The notes under the pieces were generated by a model, which saw nothing but the letters and a program-made list of their open reading frames with translations, was not told where the DNA came from and did not search any database. From the NCBI GenBank assembly GCA_002633005.1, contig NMRA01000439.1, positions 124,001-188,000 on the forward strand: 64,000 nt of DNA, in the 5' to 3' direction. The position numbers were made by a program, and so were the translations under genes. Shown one piece after another: positions 49,680-61,762 of this stretch (the stretch's first letter is position 1; the number at the start of each line of letters is the position of its first letter). This DNA is from Phoronis australis. Taxonomy: Eukaryota; Animalia; Phoronida.

Positions 49680-52165
49680 GTTATTACACTGATTTAGGTA
49701 GTGGCCGGGTTTGTCACACATGTGACAGTGTTGATACGCCTTGACGCATTGTTGCCCTTAGGCATATTGGAAGTATTTGAACTGTTATTTTTGGGACTTA
49801 AAGAAATGGAACTTATTTTGTTTAGTTGAAACGTTGTAGCAAGTCAAATAAAATTGGTTTAGAAAAAATACAGTTCTCTCCCCAGTGCCAGTGAGACGGA
49901 GTTTGTTACTCTGTCTGCACGTGGCACCGAAAACCATTTTCTATTTTTAATATACACATATATAAGATCTCACCTAGTTCGCTACATGTCACATCGTTCG
50001 GAGCCTGGTGAGGTAACACAGTTACCCTTGTTGACATTCAGGGTATCTCCGGACATCACATTCCGCAACATGCAAGTCCTATTGCCATTGAGGGCAGCGA
50101 CCTCAATGGCAACAACTGTTACCTTCTCAGTAATGAGTACTCCATGTAGGGTTGTCAGTTGTATTATTTCTTTTGTGCCAGACAGACTGAGCTTGTTGCG
50201 TAATCTGTCTGTACATAGTTCAATTAGAACATGTCTAACAGAGCATAACATTCAACTTGATTTTTTTCGAGTTGAATCCTGAATAATCACTGCCACAATA
50301 GGCAGACCACTTGTGCAGCCTTCAGATTTATAAAATGAACACATAGCATTTAAATGGCCTTCATAAGGTTCAGAGGTTTGATTATTGTTAGCTGATGCAG
50401 CTGCAGACAAGCGAGACTCAGGTGGTTGTGTTTGATGCAACCATATGTTGTGTATTTCTTTGAAGCCAGCAGTATTGCAAGTCCAATTTTTCTTGCAATC
50501 TCTATCAAAATGACCTGGCTGAAAGCAATTGACTCACAGTAGTTTAGATAACACAAAATGCCATCTGTCCTTTACCGACATGGCCCTGAAGTTATAACAC
50601 TGATTTAGGTAGTGGTTGGGTTTGTCACATGTGACACTGATAGTTGATAAGCCCTGATGCATTGTTGCCCTTAGGCATAGTGTTTGTAGAAAAGTCACTA
50701 CCTAACCTCTGATGTCATTGTTGAGATGACATATTGAATGCGTGAGTGTTTGGACATTTTTGAATGCTGCCAAACAGTGGATCGTATTCTTCATCTACGA
50801 CTCTGTCAATGAATGTAATTGCATCATTTAACCCTACATGGTTTTGTCTTTCTCTCAACTTTGCGTTCTTTCTTCATTTACCCACTGCTGTGTTTGACTA
50901 ATGAACTTGTGAGCGGAATCAAACAGTCTCTGTTTGTACTCACTTGATTCTTCCTTTTGTACTTCATCTTCCAATAGTGCGTCATACATATTGTGTGCTG
51001 CGAGGGCAGCTTTTAGACACTGGTTAAATTCAGGCAGCAACCTCCTCATTGAATTCACGTTTTCTTTGTTTTTCATGAGGCTGATACCATGGTTGATCAG
51101 CCTCGAGACGGCTCCCATGGCGATTCCACGCTGCTTTCTCAGGGCCGACAGTTCTTCAAATCGCTGGTTTAAGGATAACATAGCGTCTTTCACCTGCTCA
51201 TTAGGCCAGCGGGTTACATGCGTATAATAATAATACCGTAACAGTTAATAATAATACCGATAAAGATGATTGTTCTAAATTATTTCCAGCAGCTCTGTCT
51301 CTAATAAGTATCATTGGTTACTGGATATTTCACAGAAACAGTTTTGGACTTGAACAATAAGCAAAGACCCTGATATGCTAGAGGCCTAAATATCCTGCCA
51401 GCCACGTCATGAAAGCAATGCTACTGGTGGCTGATTCTGGAAGTATTTGAACTGTTATTTTTTGGGACTTAAATAAAGAAATGGAACTTATTTTATTTAG
51501 TTGAAACGTTGGAATTAACATCTTGTAGCAAGTCAAATAAAATTGGTTTAGAAAAAATACAGTTCTCTCCCCAGTGCCAGTGAGACGGAGTTTGTTACTC
51601 TGTCTGCACATGGCACCTAAAACCATTTTCTATTTTTAATATACACATATACACATATCTAAGATCTCACCTAGTTTGTAACATGTCACATCGTTCGGAT
51701 TCTGGTGAGGTAACGCGATTACCCTTGTTGACATTCAGGGTATCTCGGGACATCACATTCCTCAACATGTGAGTCCTATTGCCATTGAGGGAAGTGACCT
51801 CAATGGCAACAATTGTTACCTCCTCATAATGTCCAGCCTCTTTCTTAAACGCCTTGACATTCTTGTATTTTTCATTTTCTTTTTTTTAATATACACACAT
51901 CTAAGATCTCACCTAGTTTGTAACATGTCACATCGTTCGGATTCTGGTGAGGTAACGCGATTACCCTTGTTGACATTCAGGGTATCTCGGGACATCACAT
52001 TCTTCACCATGTGGGTCCTATTGCCATTGAGGGCAGCGACCTCAATGGCAACAACTGTTACCTCCTCAGTTATATGATCTCCATGTAGGGTTGTCAATTA
52101 TTTGTTTTGTGCCAGACAGACTGAGCTTGTTCATAATCTGTCTATACATAGTTCAGTTAGAACAT
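49680..52165. repeat. Host tandem/dispersed repeat; further copies at 62385-62810
   Basis: CAGTTCTCTCCCCAGTGCCAGTGAGAC and CTCACCTAGTTTGTAACATGTCACATCGTTCGGA recur at ~49870/49970, ~51560/51667/51908 and ~62440/62550/62708; the copy ending at 52165 is cut by polB sequence. Confidence 0.8.
50855..51200 (-). mobile_element. BEL/Pao-like LTR retrotransposon gag N-terminal fragment
   Basis: LRKQRGIAMGAVSRLIN..LM..KENVN...AHNMYDALL...F..QTQQW resembles the helical N-terminal region of BEL/Pao Gag; pattern recognition only. Confidence 0.5.
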
Positions 52166-52737
52166 CTGTATAAACGTCTTTCCCTTTTCGTGATATCTGT
52201 GAAAAACAATACCTCCGACGATATTCTGTTTGAAGGTATAATACAAGTCTTTGTGTTTTTTCTCAAAAAGCGTAAAGAATATGCTACCGGCATTTTTGAA
52301 GAGAATCTTCATCGTCAGTCCGGGCACGCTGATGCCATCCTTGAAGAGGTTGACGCCCTTTTCCCAGTAGAATACCGCCATGGTATCGACGGCTTCCAGC
52401 ATGGGTCCGGTGTCTTTGTTATTGTACCACACCAAAAAATCTTTCAGACTTCATGTTGTTGTCTCTCCATGCTTTCAGACAGAGGGCGTAATCGTTGTCG
52501 CTTATCGCCTCCCCTTTCAAACTGCTGTAAAAAGCCGCTTGAGATGGTAGAGCCGTTTCCTCTAGTTTACCCAAATTATCCATGTACTCGTAGGGAAAGA
52601 AACCTTTCTCTTCAGTCGTCTCCTACGCCTTCAAAACTTTTGCATACAACCTGGGGCCAAGTAATTGACAATGTCGAGAAATTTAAGTGGATCTGTTCTT
52701 AAACACATAAAGTTATTGTTGCTTTTAATCACGAACT
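52166..52737 (-). pseudogene. Polinton/Maverick protein-primed DNA polymerase B fragment
   Basis: FVIKSNNNFMCL..LKFLDIVNYLAPG, KGFFPYEY, VWYNNKDTGP, IVGG-IVFHRYHEKGKT. Confidence 0.88.
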
Positions 52738-52843
52738 TGTTTGCATGCACGTGGAGAACACAAAACAGAAGTATGCACATCCCCTGGGGATATATTAAGA
52801 CATGTTTGCATGCACGTGGAGGGCAGTGCCTCATTATATCACA

Positions 52844-53010
52844 CTAGAATGATTTTATTTTTTCGCTCGTCAAGCAGTAGAAACGTTCCGTGGACAACTC
52901 CCGTCTTCTGAGAAAAGAACGTAGAGTATCGCCTTGCCATTTCAAATCCTTTAATTCGCATTCCCAAACCTCTTCGTAATCAAAGCCTTGATCGATGATA
53001 TAATCTCTCG
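52844..53010 (-). pseudogene. Polinton polB fragment
   Basis: QGFDYEEVWECELKDLK...LRRRELSTERFY, homologous to 59830-59990. Confidence 0.8.
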
Positions 53011-53076
53011 AACTTTGTGCTAACTAAATATCTCTTTATAAACTAACTAGGAGTATAATTATTATTTGACGGCTGC

Positions 53077-53415
53077 CTACAGCCGCAGCGGGTGGGTCTG
53101 CGGCGTGTGGAAAAAATCTGCCGCCAGCAGACTCTCGGGTATGTCTGCCACAGCCACAGGCATTCCTTGGCCGGCTGTAGCCCCATTTCTATTTCCATCA
53201 GGTAAACGTCGATGATGTCTACCTGGGAGGCCCAACGGTCATACCGGAGCCTAGCATACGTCGTGTCTGGGTCGCGTTGGGTGCCCCATGACTGGCTTTC
53301 ACATGGGAGCTTCAACAACTCTTGTGTCGATGCCCCCAATATCCTTGCGAAGTCTGCCAGGGATAGGGCGGTGACGTCTGCACTTGGGTCTAGCCGAAAG
53401 GTGACCCACTGTCCC
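53077..53415 (-). pseudogene. ORF-A copy (5'-truncated, frameshifted)
   Basis: GQWVTFRLDPSADVTALSLADFARILGASTQELLKLPCESQSWG...YARLRYD...PESLLAADFFHTPQTHPL. Confidence 0.7.
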
Positions 53416-53428
53416 TAAAAAGGACTCG

Positions 53429-54169
53429 TGTGGTATATCAATGCGTGTTGCGGCCAACAGATGGCGCGCTCGTTGTAGTAAATCAAAGAACACACGAATA
53501 CTTTAACAATAGAATACGTCTATTAATTTGCAGCGTTGTGAATTACAAACAATAGATTACATCGAGTTGTGAGACTGAGGACTGTTCGAATGAAACGATA
53601 TATGGTTACAGGTGAAAGTATTAATCTACAGTGCCACCAGTTACCCATAGCTACCGCACACGTTAATGCAATACTACAAGTCGCAACATGAACTGACCCT
53701 CTAAAACAATCACTAGACTGGTTCAAATTGACTAGCAGGCTGAGACCAACGCCTGTCTTAAGTGTCTATACCTCGGCTCTTTGACTTAACTTGGCTGAAC
53801 TGGTTTCCTCGCCTTCACTGTCGGCTTCTTTTGGAGACTATGTCGTGGTTTGTGTCGTGGTCTATCTTGGTGTCATGGTCTAATTTCCCTTGATGGCCAA
53901 TGCCTTAAATATTATTCTAGCTGGCATCATATGATGGGCCCATCTCGTGACGGTTAAAGTCCGTGGTCAGAGTTTGCACGTGACACTTGCATAAGTATTA
54001 ATTAATCTGAATGGAGCTTACTCAGCACAATCAAATCAGCTGACTATTGGAACAATTCTTGCATAACACCTGTGATAAGTTCTACTACAGTCAAAGATAT
54101 GATTGCAATGCACTTTTAATTTTCGGAAACCTTAATTAACTGCAGAGGGCCTAGCCTCATTATATTACA
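53429..54169 (-). mobile_element. LTR of an uncharacterised retroelement
   Basis: Minus strand TGTAATATAATG...ATATACCACA ends; homologous to 58179-59043 and 55358-55974. Confidence 0.7.
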
Positions 54170-54402
54170 TTTCCCATTTGAAACCAACCCGCAGTGATCA
54201 AACTCAGTGGCTAGGTCTAGCAGGAAGTGATCAGGAGGTTTATCTTCGGTTTCCCCGTCTTCGTCAACGTCGTCTACCTCGGCGTTGTCTGCTACATCCC
54301 CACGAACCGTCTCCTTGAATTTGTTCAAAGACCCACGCAAACTTCTCTATTAGTTAGCGGTATGCCTGGTCACTAATGACGACAAGATGTTGAATCATTT
54401 TG
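54170..54402 (-). pseudogene. Polinton polB fragment
   Basis: ETVRGDVADNAEVDDVDEDGETEDKPPDHFLLDLA, duplicate of 61100-61300. Confidence 0.8.
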
Positions 54403-54855
54403 CATGTTTGCATGCATGTGGAGGGCAGTGCCTGATTATATCACACTCCCCCCTTTTTTAAGCCAATAATTTACATAATAAACTTTTGGGAAGTCGTAGA
54501 TTTCTCAACAATATAAAGTGTCACCCAGGTGATCGCCATACAACTGCAATAGATACAAACAATGTGAATGATAAAACAAGGGAAGTCATCAGCCTCCAGA
54601 TGATCGTTAAACAGGTTAACAAACGGAATTTCACAACGAAATGTCAACCACACTAAACTATCCACCAATTAACATAATAGGAACACACACATATGCTTAT
54701 TTCACCAAACTGAACTTTGTACCAACCCCTTCATACATAATCAAATATACCTTATATCTATTAAAATTAAAGTTATGTTACAGTTCCCCTCAAACCTATC
54801 CTACCAAAAATATTTCATATCATTACTAACTAAAACGTGAATGTGCCACCCTAAA

Positions 54856-55254
54856 CTAAACTAACTGTAGCGGGTGGACCTGTGGCGTCTGATAGAAGTC
54901 TGCTGCCAACAGGGTTTCAGGGACGTCCACCACTGCTATGGGCATGTGTTTTGGAGGACGTCCCCCCAGCTCCATTTCCAAACAGAATATGCCAACCACG
55001 TCAGCCGTGCGACTTTGGAATTAGCATTCCTCACCTCGGCGTACTCCACACCCATTGCGTGCGTGCCGCCCCACGCCTGACTGTCGCCCTGGAGCCCCTC
55101 GTTCGCACGGTTCCGTGAATACCAGATCCCAGCGAAGTCGCTTAATGATAGCGGTCAGGTCCACACGGAACATAATCCATTCGCCGTCCACCGACGCATC
55201 AAGCCGTACCGCCGGCAGCGTTTTATACACCACTTCCTGCTGTTGGGCTGCCAT
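54856..55254 (-). pseudogene. ORF-A copy (second subtype), followed by ORF-B block, PPT (54446-54459) and LTR head
   Basis: MAAQQQEVVYKTLPAVRLDASVDGEWIMFRVDLTA...DSQAWG...VPETLLAADFYQTPQVHPLQLV*. Confidence 0.7.
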
Positions 55255-55357
55255 TGTTTGTGTACCGGGTAATCGTGTTCCTGTAATAGTTACATATTTC
55301 TTACATATGTTACATGTATCTTGTGACGATTTGGAATTTTAATAACCACCACCTTCC

Positions 55358-55986
55358 TTACAAACAATAGTTACAATAAGTTGCGAGACTGACGACTAAC
55401 TGATTGAGTCAAGATATCACTGCTAGAGAAAGTACTAAACAACAATGTCACTAGTTACCAGTAGCAACCGCACACGTAAACTTATTACAAGTAGCAACAG
55501 AACTAACCCTCTAGAACAATCGCTAGACTGGTTCAAATTGAGTAAGAGGCTGAGACCAACGCCTGTATTAAGTGTTTATACCTTGACTCCTCGATTCGAC
55601 TTCACTAAACTGGTTTTCCTCGCCTTCGCTGTCGGCTCCTAGAGATCAGGTCTGGGTCTGGTCTGTCTCGGTCTTGGTCTTGGTCTGATTTTCCTTGATG
55701 GCCAATGCCTTAAGTACTATTCTAGCTGGCATCATATGATGGGCCCATCTTGTGATGGTTAAAGTCCCTGGTCAGCGTTTGCACGTGACACGTGCATAAC
55801 AATTAATTCATTTGAATGGAGCTTACCCAGCAAAATCAAATCAGCTGACTATTGAAAGAGTTCTTGCATAATACCTGTGATAAGCTCTGCTACAGTCAAA
55901 GATATGATTGCAGTGCACTTTTAATTTTTGGAAACCTCAATTAAATGTAGAGGGCCTAGCCTCATTATATTACACTCCCCCCTTTT
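55358..55986 (-). mobile_element. Polypurine tract plus 3' LTR (U5 end deleted or replaced)
   Basis: Minus strand AAAAGGGGGGAG (55986-55975) abuts TGTAATATAATGAGG (from 55974), a classic PPT/LTR junction. Confidence 0.75.
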
Positions 55987-56387
55987 GTTAAGCCGAAAAT
56001 TTACCAAATAAATATTTGGGGATCTATACCAAGCCTTAATGATGTGAAGGTTTCCTTCAGACTGTCGTTATACAATTGTAAATCGAAACAAGTGAATAAT
56101 AACACAATGGGAGTCGTCGGTCTCCGGATAATCATTAAAACACGTTAACAAACCAAATCTCACAACCACTCTGAACTAGTCCGATTAAACGAATATAATG
56201 AAATTACACACATATACATTACTAAATCGTACCCTGTACCAATCTAACATTATGTCTTTAAACCAAACTCGTAGTTAGCGCTAACTAAATATCTAGAGTA
56301 TTTTCCCTATAAACTAACTAGGAGTATAATTATAACTATATGTATACGTATGGATTTTTTTTATACATGAATTGTGCCGACACCTGC

Positions 56388-56797
56388 CTACAGCTGCAGC
56401 GGGTGGGTCTGCGGTGTGTGAAAAAAATCTGCAGCCAGCAGACTCTCGGGGATATCCGCTACAGCCACAGGCATGCGCCTGGCCGGCTGTAACCCCATCT
56501 CTACTTCCATCAGATAGACGTCAATTATGTCCACCTGAGATGTCCGACGGTCGTATCGGAGCCTGGCATAGGTTATGTCGGGGTCACGTTGAGTGCCCCA
56601 TGACTGGTTGTCACAAGGGAGTCTCGCCAATTCTTGCGTCGAGGCCCCTAATACCCTGGCAAAGTCTTCCAGGGATAGGGTCCAGTCGGAAGGTAACCCA
56701 CTGCCCCTCCACAGCCGCGTCCATGTGTACGGTTGGCAGGGTCTGGTATGTCTGTCCGGCTTCTTCCTTTTTTTTGTTCCCTGTAATTTAGTTCCAT
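56388..56797 (-). pseudogene. ORF-A copy (near full length, one frameshifting deletion at ~56680)
   Basis: QTYQTLPTVHMDAAVEGQWVTFRLD...LEDFARVLGASTQELARLPCDNQSWG...HPLQL*. Confidence 0.7.
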
Positions 56798-56846
56798 TCG
56801 TTTAAGTATCAAGTAAATGTAGAGGGCCTAGCCTCATTATATTACA

Positions 56847-57794
56847 CCTCCGACGATATTCTGTTTGAAGGTATAATACAAGTCTTTTTTTTCTCAGAAA
56901 GCATAAAGAATATGTCACCAACATTTTTGAAGAGAATCTTCATTGTCAGTCAGGGCATGTTTATGCCATCCTTGAAGAGGTCGACGCCCTTTTCCCTGTA
57001 GAATGCCGCCATGGTATCGACGGCGTCCAGTATGGGTCCGGTGTCTTTGTTATTATACCACACCAAAAAATCTCTCAGACTCTTCTTGTTGTTGTCTCTC
57101 CATGCTTTCAGACATAGGGCGTAATCGTCGTCGCTTATCTCCTCCCCTTTCAAACTGCTGTAAAAATCCGCTTGAGGTGGTAGAGCCGTTCCCTCTAGTT
57201 TATCCAAGTTATCCATGTAATCGTAGGGAAAGAAACCTTTCTCTTCAGTTGTCTTGTACGCCTTCAAAACTTTTGCATACAACCCGGGGCCAAGTAATTG
57301 ACAATGTCAAGAAATTTAAGTTGACCTGTTGTTAAGCACATAAAGTTATTGTTGCGCTTAATCATGAACTTCAAATCTTGCATTGATAACAGTATTGGAA
57401 AAACTGCTTTTTCATGGTATTGAGGTCGTAATTTCCCGATTTGAAACCAACCCGCAGTGATCAAACTCAGCAGCGAGGTCTAGCAGGAAGTGACCAGGAG
57501 GTTTATTTCGGTTTCCCCGTCTTCGGCAACGTCGTCCACCTCGGCGTTGTCTGCTACATCCCCACGAACCGTCTCTTGAATTTCTTCAAAGACCCACCAC
57601 GCAAACTTCCCTCTTAGTAGGCGGTATGCCTGGTCACTGATGACGACAAGATGTTGAATCATTTTTCTCACCACTTCTTTGGGTTCACCGTTAGATACAA
57701 AACATTGCAGATCTTCAAACCCATCGATGTTACTTGCCACAGAAACGCTCGTGATCTCGTGTTCTCTCTCCCAGATTAGTTTAGCACCTCCGAT
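56847..57794 (-). pseudogene. Polinton polB fragment (exonuclease region)
   Basis: SVSVASNIDGFE..CFVS, KFLDIVNYLAPG, EEKGFFPYDY, DFYSSLKG, VWYNNKDTGP. Confidence 0.88.
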
Positions 57795-57811
57795 ATGTTT
57801 GCATGCACGTG

Positions 57812-60800
57812 TTCAAAGGTCCAGTGGTGACGCCGTCGTCGAACACTTGTCGTTTGGGATAAAAGTAGGTGAACGCGCACCTCTCTTGTAGGTAGGTATA
57901 CATAGCCGTTGTCACCGCCTAACCGGAATCCTTTGTTGAGGGCCGAGCTACTCTTTGTGGTCTGTAATACTTTGAGATACCTCGCCTTGTCGATTGCATT
58001 TCTTTCTTTGTCTTTGCACTCCTTTACAGCTAAAATGGGATTGATCGTCGTCCGCCCCCACGTAATAGGTTTTAGAGCAAAGGGCGATGCAGTAGTCCCC
58101 TTCAAATTCCAGTTTCAATAAGCCAGCTGTACGCGTGTCGTAAGCTTCGTTTTCTTCCGTGTCCGTTCGCGGGAACCATGTGGTATATCAATGCGTGTTG
58201 CGGCCAACAGATGGCGCGCTTGTGGTAGTAAATCAAAGAACACACGAATACTTTAACAATAGAATACGTCTATTAATTTGCAGCGTTGTGAATTACAAAC
58301 AATAGATTACATCGAGTTGTGAGACTGACGACTGTTCGAATGAAACGATATATCGTTACAGGTGAAGTATTAATCTACAGTGCCACCAGTTACCCGTAAC
58401 TACCGCGCACGTTAATGCAATACAAATCGCAACATGAACTGACCCTTTAAAACAATCACTAGACTGGTTCAAATTGACTAGCAGGCTGAGACCAACGCCT
58501 GTATTAAGTGTCTATACCTCGGGTCCTGGACTTGACGTAAGTTGAGCTGATTTCCTCGCCTTCACTGTCGGCTTCTTTTGCGATCTGATGTCGTGGTCTA
58601 TGTGGTCTATGTGGTCTGATTTTCCTCGATGGCCAATGCCTTAAATACTATTCCAGCTGGCATCACATGATGGGCCCATCTCGTGACGGTCGAGGTCCCC
58701 GGTCAGAGTTTGCGCGTGACACTTGCATAAGTATTTATTAATCTGAATGAAGTTTGCTCAGCACAACCAAATCGGCTGACTATTGGAACAATTCTTGTAT
58801 AACACCTGTGATAAGTTCTACTTCAGTTAAAGATTTGATTGTGATGCGCTTTTAAATTTCGCAATAAGTATTAATTAATCTAAATGGAGTTTGATCAGCA
58901 CAATCAAATCGGCTGACTATTTGAACAATTCTTGCACAACACCTGTAATAAGTTCTCCTACAGTCAAAGGTATGATTGCAATGTACTTTTAAATTTTCGG
59001 AAACCCCAATTAAATGCAGAGGGCCTAGCCCCATTATATTACACTCAAAGATGTTTTTCCCTCTCGAAAGCTGCTCGCATGACTGGTTTTATTACGTCCT
59101 CAAGGCAGTTGCGGGATATAGTCATGTATGCCGAGTCCGTGTCCATTTCGCAATATTCAAAGTCGGATCTGTCGACGAATCTTAACATAAAGTCGTAATA
59201 AAACTCCAACATGCGCAATTTTGCGTACTGGTACACGAAAAAGCCTATTTGAAGCGGTAGGTTCAGGCGGATGGTCTTCTTTTTCATCTCCAATTCGTAG
59301 GTTCCGTCCCCGATGTAGTTGACGTGTCTAAATTCCGGGAATTGGACTTCCCGTTGAGCCTTAGCCTCTCCGCAATACTTTACATCACGACGTCTTCGTT
59401 ACCGTCTTACCATACGCGCTGTTCCCTATGAGTTTCATCGTCTGCGCCATGATCGCTTTGTTTTTATCTTTGTCCCTTTCCCGCCTAGCGTCGCTGACTT
59501 CCTCACCAAAACGCTCGAAGCATTTTACGGGAGAAAATTCGACCACTTGATAGACGTTTGTTATCTCCAGGCCGTGTTCCAAGTACCATTTCAGAAGCGG
59601 GGTCGTCATCAAAATTTTTTTACCGAAGAAACTTCCTACCAGAGATCGTCGTGGTCGGCTCATGATTTTGTTTTTTCTCGGCATACTCCCGCATAAATTC
59701 TCCTAGGTCGTCTCTGGTGATGTCTACGTTCTTGAATATAGGCTGCATTTCTGAAAAGTGCTCTCTCAGATGGCTCGGGACTTTAATGTCACACTCCACA
59801 ACCCCGAACAGAGTACCGTCTAGAACGAACGATTTTATTTGTTCGCTCGTCAAGTGGTAGCAACGTTCCGTGGACAACTCTCGTCTTCTCAGAAAAGAAC
59901 GTAGGGTATCGTCTTGAAGTTTCAAATCCTCAAATTGGCACTCCCAAATCTCTTCGTAATCAAAGCCTTGACATATTATGTAATCCCTAATTTTTTTGGT
60001 GTTTTCCATAAGCTCACTCATGGTGACGTTTCGTGTCTCGTTCCTCGGAGTCCCGTCGTCGTTTTTCGTGAGACGACAGTCGTGGCCATGCCAGTAACAT
60101 CCTTGGAATTGGAACACTTTGTGCGACTGACGACTGAAACCGTCCACTGGAATACGACGCTGACCCACCCTTTTTTCAACCCCGTTGAACTGATGTCGGA
60201 TACTAATTCATCGTTGCCACGCTACATAATCCAACCAAGCCGTTGTCTTTCGCGCCCTAGGGTGGGAAAATTCTCGTTGGAAATTATTTTCTTGCGTACG
60301 AAGAATAAACGGTCCGGTCGGTTGCTCGTTCATTATGCTACGAAGGTAAAGAACATTTACGTCGAAACCCAGAATTTTTGACACCGTCTTTGGTATTTTT
60401 CCCGCTTTCTCCATCTCCCTCTGGCGTATACACGTCTTTCCCTTTTCGTGGTATCTGTGGAAAACTATACTAGGACCTCCGACGATATTCTCTTTAAAGG
60501 TATAGTTCAAGTCTTTGTGGTTTTCCTCAAAGAGCGTAAAGAATACGTTACCGACATTTTTAAAGAGAATCTTCATCGTCAGTCCCGGTACGCTTATGCC
60601 ATCTTTGAAGAGGTCGACGCCCTTTTCCCTGTAGAATGCCGCCATGGTATCGACGGCTTCCAGCATGGGTCCGGTGTCTTTGACGTTGTACCACACCATC
60701 TTCATGTTGTTGTCTTTCCATGCCCTCTGACAGAGGGCGTAATCGTCGTCGCTTATCCCCTCCCCTTTCAAATTACTGTAAAAAGCCGTTTGCGGTGGTA

Positions 60801-61304
60801 GTACCGTTTCCTCCTAATTTACTCAAGTTGTCTACGTACTCATAGGGAAAGAAACCTTTCTCTTCCGTCGTCTCATACGCCTTCAAAAATTTTGTGTAGC
60901 TACAACCCGGGGCCAAGTAATTAACAATGTCAAGAAATTTAAGTTGGTCCGTTGTTAAGCACATAAAATTATTGTTGCGCTTAATCACGAACCTCAATTC
61001 TTGCATGGATAAAAGTATTGGAAAAAATTGCTTCTTCATCGTATTCAGGTCATAATTTCCTGAATTGAAACCAACTGTCGGCATCTGTGTGAGGTAACGA
61101 TCAAACTCGGCGGCCAGGTCTAGCAGGAAGTGATCAGGAGGTTTATCTTCGGTTTCCCCGTCTTCGTCAACGTCGTCTACCTCGGCGTTGTCTGCTACAT
61201 CCCCACGAACCGTCTCCTTGAATTTCTTCAAAGACCCACGCAAACTTCTCTATTAGTTAGCGGTATGCCTGGTCACTAATGACGACAAGATGTTGAATTA
61301 TTTT
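57812..61304 (-). pseudogene. Largest Polinton/Maverick pPolB remnant, frameshifted and split by an LTR at 58179-59043
   Basis: VGFNSGNYDL, KGFFPYEY, IVGGPSIVFHRYHE, GFDVNVLY (motif A), VDGF..QFQGCYWHGH nuclease-like insert, KLIGNSAYGK (motif B), YCEMDTDS (motif C), ALCSKTYY, NKGFR, DDGVTTGPL C-terminus. Confidence 0.93.
58179..59043 (-). mobile_element. LTR inserted within polB, with an internal ~125-bp tandem duplication
   Basis: TG...CA ends identical in type to 53429-54169; the flanks rejoin as polB KHL|WFPRTDTEEN. Confidence 0.75.
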
Positions 61305-61762
61305 GCATGTTTGCATGCACGTGGAGGGCAGTGCCTCATTATATCACACTCCCCCCTTTTTTAAGCCAAAAATTTTCGTAGTAAACTTTTGGGAAGTCGT
61401 AGATTTCTCAACAATATAAAGTGTCACCCAGGTGATTGCCGTACAACTGCAATAGATACAAACAATGTGAATGATAAAACAAGGGAAGTCATCAGCCTCC
61501 AGATGATCGTTAAACAGGTTAACAAACTGAATTTCACAACGAAATATCAACCACACTAAACTATCCACCAATTAACATAATAGGAACACACACATATGCT
61601 TATTTCACCAAACTGAACTTTGTACCAACCCCTCATTACATTATCAAATATACCTTATATCTATTAAAATTAAAATTATGTTACAGTTCCCCTCAAACCT
61701 AACCTACCAAAAATATTTCATATCATTACTAACTAACTAAAACGTGAATGTGCCAGCCCAAA

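Noticed and set aside
52091-52702. Plus-strand ORFs (203 aa here, also 57003, 59914 and 60448)
   Set aside because: Antisense shadows of the minus-strand polB.
55282-55290. TATTACA as the 3' end of the LTR
   Set aside because: Homology with the full LTRs stops at ~55358, and the same ATTACAG|G precedes ORF-A elsewhere, so it is better read as a splice acceptor.
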